A stretch of 64,000 bases of DNA from an uncultured Gammaproteobacteria bacterium (GCA_964535515.1 CAZHTA010000002.1:684-64683), one strand, 5' to 3'. Counted from the first letter of the stretch, positions 53,131 to 62,328 are shown. Notes: generated from the letters alone by a model not told the origin. Program-made: numbers and translations.

Positions 53131-54747
53131 ATGAAAAAAATATTAATAACGACCTTCATAATATTAACAACCATAATCCCACAGGCTACACTAGCCAGTG
53201 TTAGTTGTGGTGCAGTCTACTGCCAATCTGACCAGATTTGCAACAACGATCCAGCTAGCCCTGCTTGCTTATCTAAAACAAACCAGGATTGCACTCAGAG
53301 CAGCGACTGTGGATCAGGTGTTTGTACTATTCCAGCTGGTGAATCAAAAAACAAATGTTTTGTCCAATTATCAACCGGCCTACCCATCGGTTCTGTTTGC
53401 AATGTTAATTCTGAGTGTCTATCAAATGATTGCGAAGGTAGTCAGAAAAAAAATGGGGCAGGAAATGCAACTAGCTATTGCGATTGCAATGACGCTGGCG
53501 ACTGTCAACAAAAATGGGGGGCACCCGCTAGTGGAGAATGGGAATGTGTTGATGGCGCGTCAGTCACTTTTGATTTAGACTATTGTGTAAACGAAGCAAA
53601 CAAAAGGATAGAGCCCACCCTACCAGAATACAAAAATGATGCCAGCATGTTTGGTAAACTGTCTGATGCTCTTTTTGACACAAAGGCTTTACAAGCCAAC
53701 CTGCTCCAAGAAGTTAAATCATTTAAACCTGGATTAGAAATCCGCTTACCCGGTTTAACATTTAGTGATTTAGCCAAAACCGTTGATTCTGAAGGATATA
53801 TCCAAATTCCTTGGATTGGAGAATTCATCAGAGCATTATACAATTTTGGCTTAGTAATTGTTAGCATCGTGGCCGTGGTAATGATCATCATGCAGGGAGC
53901 GAAGATTGTTGTATCGGGCGGAGAATCAAAGGTAGAGGGATACAAAAAGATTGGACAAATTGCAGTTGGTTTGGTTATTGCTTGGGGATCATATGCTATA
54001 CTCTACACTATTAACCCAGCATTAGTTGAATTTAAAAGTTTAAAAATAAAATACATTGAAACTATCCCCTTGGATGTTTTTGATAAAGGAGAAGCCCCGA
54101 CCCCATCTCACCCTAAAGCACTAAATGCTACCAACTTTGATGCTTTGTTCCAATCATACGGCAACTGCATCTCCGTTGATTGGCATGTTATCAAAGCCAT
54201 GGCATATATAGAATCATCACTAGATTCTAGTGTAGTTAATAGTTTAGGATTCGCTGGGCTTTTCCAAACAAAAACAAACTTCTGCCAAAGCTCTTTAAAA
54301 AGATACGGCTTAGATAACAAATGTACAGAACTAACAAATCCCGAGCTCAGCACTGCTGTCGGAACAAGCATGATACGCGACTCTATCAACCAAATTAAAA
54401 AGAAATGCCCTAATATTGATGGTGACTCATTAGCATATTTTATCTACATCGGACACCAAAGCGGACAAGGAACACTTTCCAATGTTATTGCCCAAACTTG
54501 TACATACACCAACGCATATACTTATATCCATAGTTCTTGGGAAAAACAAAGTGGCGGTAAATATGCTGACTCTACCGGCAAAAAAAGAACAGCTGTACAT
54601 ATTGCTACCGAAGCAGATAAAGGTGCAAAAAAAATGATTGGCTTGGTACAAGGAATGGGTGTAACAAATGCTTTAACTACTGTCGATAAAAACAAATGTC
54701 CACTCGACACCGCTAGCCTTAGATTTATCCTTACTGTAACACCGTAA
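53131..54747 (+). CDS. Cys-rich VirB2-like pilin fused to an SLT-like lytic transglycosylase
   Basis: Signal peptide, pilin hairpin, VDWHVIKAMAYIESS..AGLFQ. Confidence 0.78.
   Translation: MKKILITTFIILTTIIPQATLASVSCGAVYCQSDQICNNDPASPACLSKTNQDCTQSSDCGSGVCTIPAGESKNKCFVQLSTGLPIGSVCNVNSECLSNDCEGSQKKNGAGNATSYCDCNDAGDCQQKWGAPASGEWECVDGASVTFDLDYCVNEANKRIEPTLPEYKNDASMFGKLSDALFDTKALQANLLQEVKSFKPGLEIRLPGLTFSDLAKTVDSEGYIQIPWIGEFIRALYNFGLVIVSIVAVVMIIMQGAKIVVSGGESKVEGYKKIGQIAVGLVIAWGSYAILYTINPALVEFKSLKIKYIETIPLDVFDKGEAPTPSHPKALNATNFDALFQSYGNCISVDWHVIKAMAYIESSLDSSVVNSLGFAGLFQTKTNFCQSSLKRYGLDNKCTELTNPELSTAVGTSMIRDSINQIKKKCPNIDGDSLAYFIYIGHQSGQGTLSNVIAQTCTYTNAYTYIHSSWEKQSGGKYADSTGKKRTAVHIATEADKGAKKMIGLVQGMGVTNALTTVDKNKCPLDTASLRFILTVTP
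53710..54045 (+). repeat. Pilin-core repeat copy 2
   Basis: Matches 51989-52324. Confidence 0.9.
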
Positions 54748-54767
54748 AATTTGTTAAATGACTAACT

Positions 54768-56108
54768 ATGAATAAAAATACCATCATCTTCTCTTGTTCT
54801 CATTGCGGCGCCCAATTCCAAAAATGGATTGGACGATGTTTGGAGTGTGGCCAGTGGGGAACAATTGAAAAAGCACAACTAACTGGCGATAAGTCTGATA
54901 AAAAAGAAGACGTTGAATACGCACCAGTTAAAACAGTAAGTTTAAAAAATGTTGAAGGGAAAAACACTTTAAGGATAAAAACCAACACCGAAGAATTGGA
55001 CCGAGTTTTAGGCGGCGGAATTGTCCCGGGCAGTTTAATTCTTCTAGGCGGCGAACCAGGCATTGGCAAATCTACTTTAGCTCTTCAAATCGCCACCCTC
55101 TTGTCCCCTACCTTGTACTTTTCCGGTGAAGAATCAATTGAACAAATAAAATTACGCGCTGACCGATTAAAAATTACCGGCGCTGGCTTGGAAGTTGGCA
55201 ACACCACATCAGTAGAAAATATTATCGCCACCATAAAAACAAAAAAGCCAAAACTTGCGATTATTGATTCAATCCAAACTGCTCGTTCCAATGAAGCTGA
55301 CGGCGAAAGCGGCAGCATTACCCAGGTTCGTGCCGCTACAGTTAAGTTTATGGAAACCGCCAAAGCAACTGGCACAACAATTGTCCTAATCGGACAAGTA
55401 ACTAAAGAAGGTGCGGTAGCTGGACCAAAAACACTAGAACACCTAGTCGATGTAGTGATGTATCTTGAAGGTGACAAATACCACCAATATCGAATCTTGC
55501 GAGCAGCTAAAAATCGCTTTGGTTCTACTGACGAAATCGGCGTATTCTCAATGACTGAAAAAGGGTTAGAAGAAGTTAAAAATCCTTCAGCAGCATTCCT
55601 AGCTGGCCGTGGTGAACCAGTACCAGGTACCGCCATCACTTGTCTTATGGAAGGCAGCCGACCAATTCTGGTAGAAATTCAAGCGCTAGTAACAAAAACA
55701 AATTTTGGCTTCCCCCAACGCCGTGCCTCAGGATTTGATTTAAACCGTTTGCAAGTTTTAATTGGTGTCTTATCCAAACGCGCTAAATTACCACTTGAAT
55801 CATATGATGTCTTTTTAAATGTTGTCGGCGGTGTAAATGCTGAGGAACCAGCCGCTGATCTCGCTGTCATCCTCGCTCTCGCCTCAGCTTTAAAAGAAAA
55901 AACATTACCCGCTGATTTAGCAGCATTCGGTGAAGTCGGACTAGGCGGCGAAGTACGACCAGTATCACAACAAAAAAGACGACTAGAAGAAATTAAAAAA
56001 ATGGGGTTAAAATTTGCCGTAACGCCAGTAACAAACGAAAAAATTAGTGACATGAAAATTGCACCAATAAAAAACGTCCAAGAAGTAGTAGAGAAAATAG
56101 TGAAGTAA
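54768..56108 (+). CDS. radA: DNA repair protein RadA/Sms
   Basis: C4 Zn finger, GEPGIGKSTL, KNRFG, GEVGLGGE. Confidence 0.96.
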   Translation: MNKNTIIFSCSHCGAQFQKWIGRCLECGQWGTIEKAQLTGDKSDKKEDVEYAPVKTVSLKNVEGKNTLRIKTNTEELDRVLGGGIVPGSLILLGGEPGIGKSTLALQIATLLSPTLYFSGEESIEQIKLRADRLKITGAGLEVGNTTSVENIIATIKTKKPKLAIIDSIQTARSNEADGESGSITQVRAATVKFMETAKATGTTIVLIGQVTKEGAVAGPKTLEHLVDVVMYLEGDKYHQYRILRAAKNRFGSTDEIGVFSMTEKGLEEVKNPSAAFLAGRGEPVPGTAITCLMEGSRPILVEIQALVTKTNFGFPQRRASGFDLNRLQVLIGVLSKRAKLPLESYDVFLNVVGGVNAEEPAADLAVILALASALKEKTLPADLAAFGEVGLGGEVRPVSQQKRRLEEIKKMGLKFAVTPVTNEKISDMKIAPIKNVQEVVEKIVK

Positions 56109-56282
56109 AAAAGAAAAACAAAAAGTAAAAAAATCCACCTGCCAAATTAGGCAGGTGGTTTAATTCCAGGGAGGCCGACGACGGACACATCCAGTTCGTC
56201 GCGTACATGTACGCATTGAACCTTCAGCATCCGTCGCCGGCTATGAGGAGGGAGAACCGTAGAACCTAAGGCCAAAGACGCC

Positions 56283-56540
56283 TCAGGCAGTCTCGTCGGT
56301 CGGAGCGACGACAGCCTGAGCAGCGGCCTGCTGCTCAATCTCGTACTCGTACACCGCTCTGTGTACGACGCTGACCGGAATCAGCGCCAAGGGCGGTGTC
56401 TCATCATGACCCCGCTTCACGAGCGCGCACACGAAGTGTTGCTCACGAAACGTTCCTCCTATTTTGGGAGGCGGGCCCGGGCGCGTCACATCGACAGCCC
56501 ACTTGTCACCTTTCTTGGTCGTGAAGAACTTATCGCCCAT
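56283..56540 (-). CDS. Hypothetical protein, 85 aa, GC-rich island gene
   Basis: ATG after GAGG, overlaps the stop of the upstream ORF. Confidence 0.55.
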   Translation of the reverse strand: MGDKFFTTKKGDKWAVDVTRPGPPPKIGGTFREQHFVCALVKRGHDETPPLALIPVSVVHRAVYEYEIEQQAAAQAVVAPTDETA

Positions 56541-56763
56541 CTCGAGCCTCTTTCGCGGCAGGTGGCACCGGAACCACCAAGTTCATGGCGTTCATGCGTC
56601 CGAAACGCGCCCCGTTTTTGGGGTTGAACACCAAGACCTCGACCGCCTGCTGACCCTCGACGAAGTCGACGTGTGCTGCTGCGACGAGGAGCTTCTGCTC
56701 CCGGTCGCTGCGCTTATACACAACGACCTTCCCGTCGAGTCGCGGATCTCTATTCTTCGCCAC
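56530..56763 (-). CDS. Hypothetical protein, 77 aa, GC-rich island gene
   Basis: GTG after GAGGAGG; promoter TTGACT-17-TGa-TACGAT at 56883-56855. Confidence 0.55.
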   Translation of the reverse strand: MAKNRDPRLDGKVVVYKRSDREQKLLVAAAHVDFVEGQQAVEVLVFNPKNGARFGRMNAMNLVVPVPPAAKEARDGR

Positions 56764-56932
56764 TTCTTCCTCCTCGGAAATCCAACCCAGCCAAAATGGC
56801 GGGAAAAGCGAGGCGTCGTGCCTCTCAGTTCCACATGGGTTAAAAACAGAAATAATCGTATCAAAAAACCAGCAAAAAGTCAATGCTTTGCCGGTTTTAA
56901 TGGAAAAAATATATTTTAAAATTTTTGTCTCA

Positions 56933-59011
56933 TTATTCCCAATGTACCCTGTCCATCTTCTTGAAGCCTTTTAAAATCTGTGGGTAATTTTTGGGATTTT
57001 CCACTATCTTTAATGCCCAAACTCTTGCGTCTTTTATTATCTCCCGATCTCCTAAAGTCGCCAACTTTAAATCCATCTGTCCACTTTGCTCAATACCATA
57101 TACTACACCCGGACCACGTTTAGATAGATCGTATTCTGCTAATTTAAAACCATCTAAGTTCTTTTCAAAAAAATTCAATCTTTCTAATACACTACTACTA
57201 CCATTTTCAGAAAAAACTAAACAATATGATTGATGAATACTTCTCCCAACACGACCACGAAATTGATGCAGCTGTGCTAAACCAAATCGCTCCGCGCTTT
57301 CAATCATCATCACGCTAGCATTTGGAATATCTACCCCCACTTCCACCACCGCAGTTGAAACCAAAATATCAATCGTGCCATTTTTAAACTTACTCATTAC
57401 CTCTTCTTTTTCTTTACCTAACATCTTGCCGTGTAAATATCCAACCCTTAAATCTGGAAAGATTTGTTTTGATAATTTTTCATATTCTGTCAATACACTC
57501 TTCTTTTCGCTCCCTAAATTTGTATCCTCAATTAATGGACAAACCACAAATGCCTGACGGCCGCTTTTAACTTGCGCCCGGATAAAATCATACGCCTTAA
57601 CACGATTAGAAGATTCAACAACACGAGTGATAATCGATTTTCTACCGACTGGTAATTCATTAATTACTGACAAATCTAAATCACCATAGACAGTTAAAGC
57701 CAAAGAACGCGGAATTGGTGTCGCCGTCATACTTAAAAAATGTGGTTTTGTTTTAACCGCCGTTTTTTCCTTTAACGCTTTTCTTTGTTCTACTCCGAAA
57801 CGATGCTGCTCATCTACTACAACTAATCCTAAATTTCTAAAGCTAATATTCTCACTCAACAGAGCATGCGTGCCAACTACCAAAGTAACCCTGCCGTTAT
57901 TAATATTTTCAAACACTTGCTTTTTTTGTTTAGCAAAACTAATGTCCTCGTCGCCCACCTCACCACTAATCTTTGCCTGACTCCTGGTTAACAAACCAAT
58001 TTTAACAGGTGTGCCAGAAAACAGCTGATTTAAAGAATTAAAATGTTGGCTGGCCAGAATCTCGGTTGGAACCATAAAAACTGTCTGCAGACCATTTAAA
58101 GCGGTATTGTACCCTGCCAGAGCCGCGACCACGGTTTTGCCCGAACCAACATCACCTGACAACAAACGATTCATTGGATGACCTTTCCCTAAATCACCTA
58201 AAATCTCCCAAGCAGAAATTTTCTGTGATTTAGTTAAAGTGAACGGCAAGCGATCAACAAATTCTTTAATCTCCTTTTCTTGAAATTTGATCACTGGCGC
58301 TTTTTCCTTTTCTCGACGTGATCGTTCAATAGCAGAATGTATCTGCAAAGAAAGAAGTTCGTCAAATTTGAGACGACGCAAACACTCAGCCAAATCTTTT
58401 TCGTCAGTAGGAAAATGCAGCCCTTTAATCGCATTACCAATTGGTATCAAATCTTCACCTTCTAAAATATCGTTTGGCAACCACTCTGGGATCTTACTGA
58501 CTAAAGGCAACACCTGACTAATTAGGAAACGTAATTGCTTTTCCGTTAAACCTGCAGTCAATGGATACACTGGTACTAATCGAGCAGTGTGAGTTGTTTC
58601 TTTTTTCCCAATCTTTTCATACACTGGGCTAACAAATTGTGCTCCCAACATATCAAGTGATACTTTGCCAGACAAAGAAATACCATCGCCAATTTTTAAC
58701 ACGCGTGTTATGTATGGTTGGTTAAACCAAACCACTCGAACCGCACCGGTCTCATCTTCGATCAAAGCTTCAGTAATAATCTTCCGAGTTTTAAAACTAC
58801 GTCGGCTAGCAATCAAATTTACTCGGCCGCTAACAGTAACGGTTTCATCTGATTTCAAATCTTTAATCATTACCACCTTACGAAAATCGTCATAACGAAA
58901 AGGAAAGTAATACAAAAGATCCTGGGCAGTTTTAATACCCAGATTGTTCAATTTTTTTACCAGCACTTTACCTACACGATTGAGTTGTGAAACCGAAGTA
59001 GAAAGATCCAT
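56933..59011 (-). CDS. recG: ATP-dependent DNA helicase RecG
   Basis: GDVGSGKT, DEQHRFG, MTATPIPRSL, QLHQFRGRVGR. Confidence 0.96.
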   Translation of the reverse strand: MDLSTSVSQLNRVGKVLVKKLNNLGIKTAQDLLYYFPFRYDDFRKVVMIKDLKSDETVTVSGRVNLIASRRSFKTRKIITEALIEDETGAVRVVWFNQPYITRVLKIGDGISLSGKVSLDMLGAQFVSPVYEKIGKKETTHTARLVPVYPLTAGLTEKQLRFLISQVLPLVSKIPEWLPNDILEGEDLIPIGNAIKGLHFPTDEKDLAECLRRLKFDELLSLQIHSAIERSRREKEKAPVIKFQEKEIKEFVDRLPFTLTKSQKISAWEILGDLGKGHPMNRLLSGDVGSGKTVVAALAGYNTALNGLQTVFMVPTEILASQHFNSLNQLFSGTPVKIGLLTRSQAKISGEVGDEDISFAKQKKQVFENINNGRVTLVVGTHALLSENISFRNLGLVVVDEQHRFGVEQRKALKEKTAVKTKPHFLSMTATPIPRSLALTVYGDLDLSVINELPVGRKSIITRVVESSNRVKAYDFIRAQVKSGRQAFVVCPLIEDTNLGSEKKSVLTEYEKLSKQIFPDLRVGYLHGKMLGKEKEEVMSKFKNGTIDILVSTAVVEVGVDIPNASVMMIESAERFGLAQLHQFRGRVGRSIHQSYCLVFSENGSSSVLERLNFFEKNLDGFKLAEYDLSKRGPGVVYGIEQSGQMDLKLATLGDREIIKDARVWALKIVENPKNYPQILKGFKKMDRVHWE

Positions 59012-59057
59012 ACGTTTGTTAGTCCATTATATCAAATACCGAACAAATTGGGGAGAC

Positions 59058-59222
59058 AAAAATATCCTGGCTTATGGCCAGGATATTTAAGTTCCACACA
59101 ACAGAGAAACGGCTTCCTCCCACCCCTTTCTCTCTCTAAAAGAGGCGAGAGGAAGGGGGACATATTCCCCACTTCCAAGTTCTTTAACTAAATACCTGCG
59201 AACAGATAGTCAATCAAAGACC
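59058..59222 (-). ncRNA. Candidate small structured RNA (~165 nt)
   Basis: Promoter TTGACA-17-TGa-TAAAGT (59255-59227), 18-bp hairpin 59113-59155, terminator 59059-59088, no credible ORF. Confidence 0.5.
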
Positions 59223-59400
59223 CGTCACTTTATCATTTTACTTGCAGATTGTCAATCTGAAATGGATAACTCTACGCACAGTTTTCAATTTCTTTTTTAA
59301 GATGAACCTAAATTTGGCTAAAATATACCTATTTACTGTCAAAATATATTTGACAGTTGTTCAGTTTTGTGATATATTGCCATTAATAACAAACAATAAC

Positions 59401-60168
59401 ATGTATAAAAAACTACTATCCAGCCTAGGGTTAAATGATAATGAGTCTACCTTATACGAAATTTTACTATCCCAAGGCCCTCAAACCGCCAAACAGCTCT
59501 TAGGTAAAATTGCTCTAACTAGGAGCAACATCTACAACGTGATGGGCAATTTAACTAAATTGGGCTTAATCACTGAAGCTAAAGATCGGTCAGGAAGAAC
59601 AATCTTCCGTGCCGAACCGCCAGCAAAACTAGAAAGCATCCTCACTGAAAAAGAACAAGAACTAACTCTTGCCAAACGAGAATTAAACACTTGCCTACCG
59701 TCATTAGAGCAAATGTTTGTTTACACCCAAGATCGACCGGTTGTAAAATATTATGAAGGATACGAAAAAGTAAAAAAGATTTATGAAGAAACTTTGCTTG
59801 ATAAACCCGAAGAAATTTGGGCGATTGTCTCAATGTATAGCTTTAAATTAATGGATGGATATTTATCAGAGTATTCAAAAAAAAGAAAAAATTTAAATAT
59901 TAAAACAAAAATAATCTCCAGTCGCGAAATCACACCAGAAATGTTGGAACAAGATGTAAAACTAAACAAAGAACGTCGTTTTTATCAAACATCATTTCCG
60001 ACGGAAATAAATATCTTTAAAAACAAAGTAGCGCTAATTTCTTATCGAGAAAAAGTGTTAGGCATGATAATTGAAGATAAGGACTACGCTGACACTATGC
60101 GTATTTTGTTTATGGGCCTTTGGTCAACAGCAGAAAATCCTTACTTGGGTAAAACAAAAAATAACTAA
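59401..60168 (+). CDS. TrmB-family transcriptional regulator
   Basis: LGLNDNE..LY..LL..G, wHTH, P.VKYYEG; promoter TTGACA(59350)-17-TATATT. Confidence 0.85.
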   Translation: MYKKLLSSLGLNDNESTLYEILLSQGPQTAKQLLGKIALTRSNIYNVMGNLTKLGLITEAKDRSGRTIFRAEPPAKLESILTEKEQELTLAKRELNTCLPSLEQMFVYTQDRPVVKYYEGYEKVKKIYEETLLDKPEEIWAIVSMYSFKLMDGYLSEYSKKRKNLNIKTKIISSREITPEMLEQDVKLNKERRFYQTSFPTEINIFKNKVALISYREKVLGMIIEDKDYADTMRILFMGLWSTAENPYLGKTKNN

Positions 60169-60178
60169 AATCTAAAAT

Positions 60179-61042
60179 ATGCTAGACCAAACAAGAGAAC
60201 TGCCAACAGACGCAACCAAAGAATTTAAAAAACCCAACTACACTTTGGAAATAAACCAGGAATTCTTAAATTTTCGTGAAATGAAAACCACCAAAGAAGA
60301 AGATCGGCCATGGAAAAAAATACCCATAGAATTAAGTGTTACCAAAGCAGACGGCACGATAGTTGAAAAACTAAACGCCAATACACCCTTCTTTACTTTT
60401 CATGATGCCAACGGTAATTTTATTACCGTCCCTGCTGACGTTGCTGGACATATCAACGAACTACATATTCAAGGCAAAGATGATGGTAGTAAATTTAACG
60501 AACCTTCCCTCGTTGATTTGTTCAATGATGCAGCCGCTAAAATGCCCGAGGGAATTGCTGATCGACCAGGAATTTTTTCTTTGGACGTTGAAATGGGTAA
60601 ATCAATGGGCAAAGAAGGGGTGGCATCCACACAAGAATTACTATCCGACGGTATTTTAAACGAATCCGATATTACCACCGCTAATAAAATGAAGGATGAG
60701 GTTAAACAACTTAACCAATATGGCGACGAAGAAGCCAAACGAATTTTTATAGAAATATTTAAAAAAGAAAATCCTAATTGCAAAATTCAATTTCAACTCA
60801 TACGTAATTTAGTTCTAGTTCCAACCGTCTCTACGCCCAAACGAAGCACAACTAAATTATTTATGATGTTTGGACCAAATGCACATGAACAAAACAAATC
60901 TCTTTATACTGCCGCACCCGGACGCAACATGCCAAGGCACCCAAACCCAGGAGAACATACAACTCACGAAGGTGTGTTTAACCAAGAAACTTTTGACGAA
61001 TCAGCCGACGCTTGGTTTGATACAGTACTATTAATTGGATAA
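60179..61042 (+). CDS. Hypothetical protein, 287 aa
   Basis: Long ORF co-oriented with trmB. Confidence 0.75.
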   Translation: MLDQTRELPTDATKEFKKPNYTLEINQEFLNFREMKTTKEEDRPWKKIPIELSVTKADGTIVEKLNANTPFFTFHDANGNFITVPADVAGHINELHIQGKDDGSKFNEPSLVDLFNDAAAKMPEGIADRPGIFSLDVEMGKSMGKEGVASTQELLSDGILNESDITTANKMKDEVKQLNQYGDEEAKRIFIEIFKKENPNCKIQFQLIRNLVLVPTVSTPKRSTTKLFMMFGPNAHEQNKSLYTAAPGRNMPRHPNPGEHTTHEGVFNQETFDESADAWFDTVLLIG

Positions 61043-61075
61043 CAAAAAACCACCTTAATGGTGGTCTTAAAAAAA

Positions 61076-61531
61076 CTAATCCATTGGTCTCATCACATCT
61101 GGCGGTATTTTTTTGGCTGCATCATTAATCAGATCTTGAATATCGCTCATGTCTATTCTTTCGCTCGAATTACCTTGTGCCCGATTAATTTCTGCTTGCG
61201 TCAACTTCTGCCCAATTGAAGCATCGATCACATTCCACTCTGTCTGATTGCCTTTGAATACCCCCTCTTCACCATCAGCAGCAAACTCCCGAATCTTCTT
61301 TTGCATCCCATTCCAAAAACCACCAAGATACGCCCGTTTTTGTTCGCTATCTTCGGGCACGCCCGGAATACCAAGAAATTCACCTCCCGGTTGTACAATT
61401 TTTATCATTTCTTGTCCCCCAACAAACTTGCCCTGTTCTCTAACGGAATATAAATCCTCCGGAGAACTAATAGCTTCGGTTGATGGTGGAGGTGGTTGAT
61501 ACCCTCTATTATCTACATGACCAAAAGCCAT
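61076..61531 (-). CDS. Hypothetical protein, 151 aa
   Basis: ORF starting just after tRNA-Arg; terminator 61025-61050. Confidence 0.65.
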   Translation of the reverse strand: MAFGHVDNRGYQPPPPSTEAISSPEDLYSVREQGKFVGGQEMIKIVQPGGEFLGIPGVPEDSEQKRAYLGGFWNGMQKKIREFAADGEEGVFKGNQTEWNVIDASIGQKLTQAEINRAQGNSSERIDMSDIQDLINDAAKKIPPDVMRPMD

Positions 61532-61547
61532 ATATAAATATTATGTG

Positions 61548-61619
61548 TGCGCCCATTAGGAGTCGAACCTAAATTTTCGGCTTCGCAGGCCAATGTCCTA
61601 TCCATTGAACGAAGAGCGC
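61548..61619 (-). tRNA. tRNA-Arg (anticodon GCG)
   Basis: Minus strand GCGCTCT...TTGGC-CTGCGAA-GCCGA...GGTTCGACTCC...GGGCGCA. Confidence 0.9.
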
Positions 61620-61690
61620 TTGAAAAAATTAACCCCGCTCCACCAACCAGCTAAACTAGTTTAAGTAGAGCGGAGTTAATTTTATTGGTT

Positions 61691-62194
61691 TTATAATTTA
61701 AATAAACGACTAATACGATCACTTAATGGTTCCTCTTCTTGTTCTAGATCTTCTTCGATAAACTGATTTAGGTGGTCACGAATTGGGCGAGGGTCATTTT
61801 CTAACAATGGTACCTGTACCCGATGACGCACCACTCCATTTAAACCAAAATACAAATTTTTTATTGCTGGTGGATCATAGATCATCCAAAAACTAGTAAA
61901 CTCACTAAACCGATAAAACTTCTTACCAATAACAACGCCTGTTTCTGTAATCACTACTGGAACCTCCATCGGTTCCACCATATCATGCATGAACAAAATT
62001 ATTCCAAACAACACTAGCACCAAAGCAAACAAGTAGTTGCCGCTGATAAGAGCATAGCCTACCAAAGACACACCAATGATACCCATTAAAGTATACCAAC
62101 GACGGTCACGCTCATGCTGCTCATACTCTTTCACAGTCCATTCAAAGACAACGTCGCCGATGTCTATTTCATTTTTAATTATGTCTTGAGGCAT
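61691..62194 (-). CDS. Hypothetical 2-TM protein with PH-like C-terminus
   Basis: EWTVKEYEQHERDRRWY, two TMs, FWMIY. Confidence 0.75.
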   Translation of the reverse strand: MPQDIIKNEIDIGDVVFEWTVKEYEQHERDRRWYTLMGIIGVSLVGYALISGNYLFALVLVLFGIILFMHDMVEPMEVPVVITETGVVIGKKFYRFSEFTSFWMIYDPPAIKNLYFGLNGVVRHRVQVPLLENDPRPIRDHLNQFIEEDLEQEEEPLSDRISRLFKL

Positions 62195-62254
62195 ATTATT
62201 ATTAAAGATGAGAAAAATTGAGGCCCCAGACGAAAATCCCTCCACTCATCTTTG

Positions 62255-62328
62255 TGGACAATACAGGACTCGAACCTGTGACCTCTTGAATGTGAATCAA
62301 GCGCTCTAACCAGCTGAGCTAATTATCC
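62255..62328 (-). tRNA. tRNA-Val (CAC)
   Basis: Minus strand GGATAAT/ATTGTCC acceptor, CTTGA-TTCACAT-TCAAG, GGTTCGAGTCC. Confidence 0.9.

Noticed and set aside
1322-56242. Island 3' hairpins as integron attC sites
   Set aside because: No RYYYAAC/GTTRRRY boxes seen, no shared sequence, not arrayed, no integrase.
59242-59400. N-terminal extension of the TrmB ORF
   Set aside because: Covers promoter and operator DNA; ATG at 59401 fits the family start.
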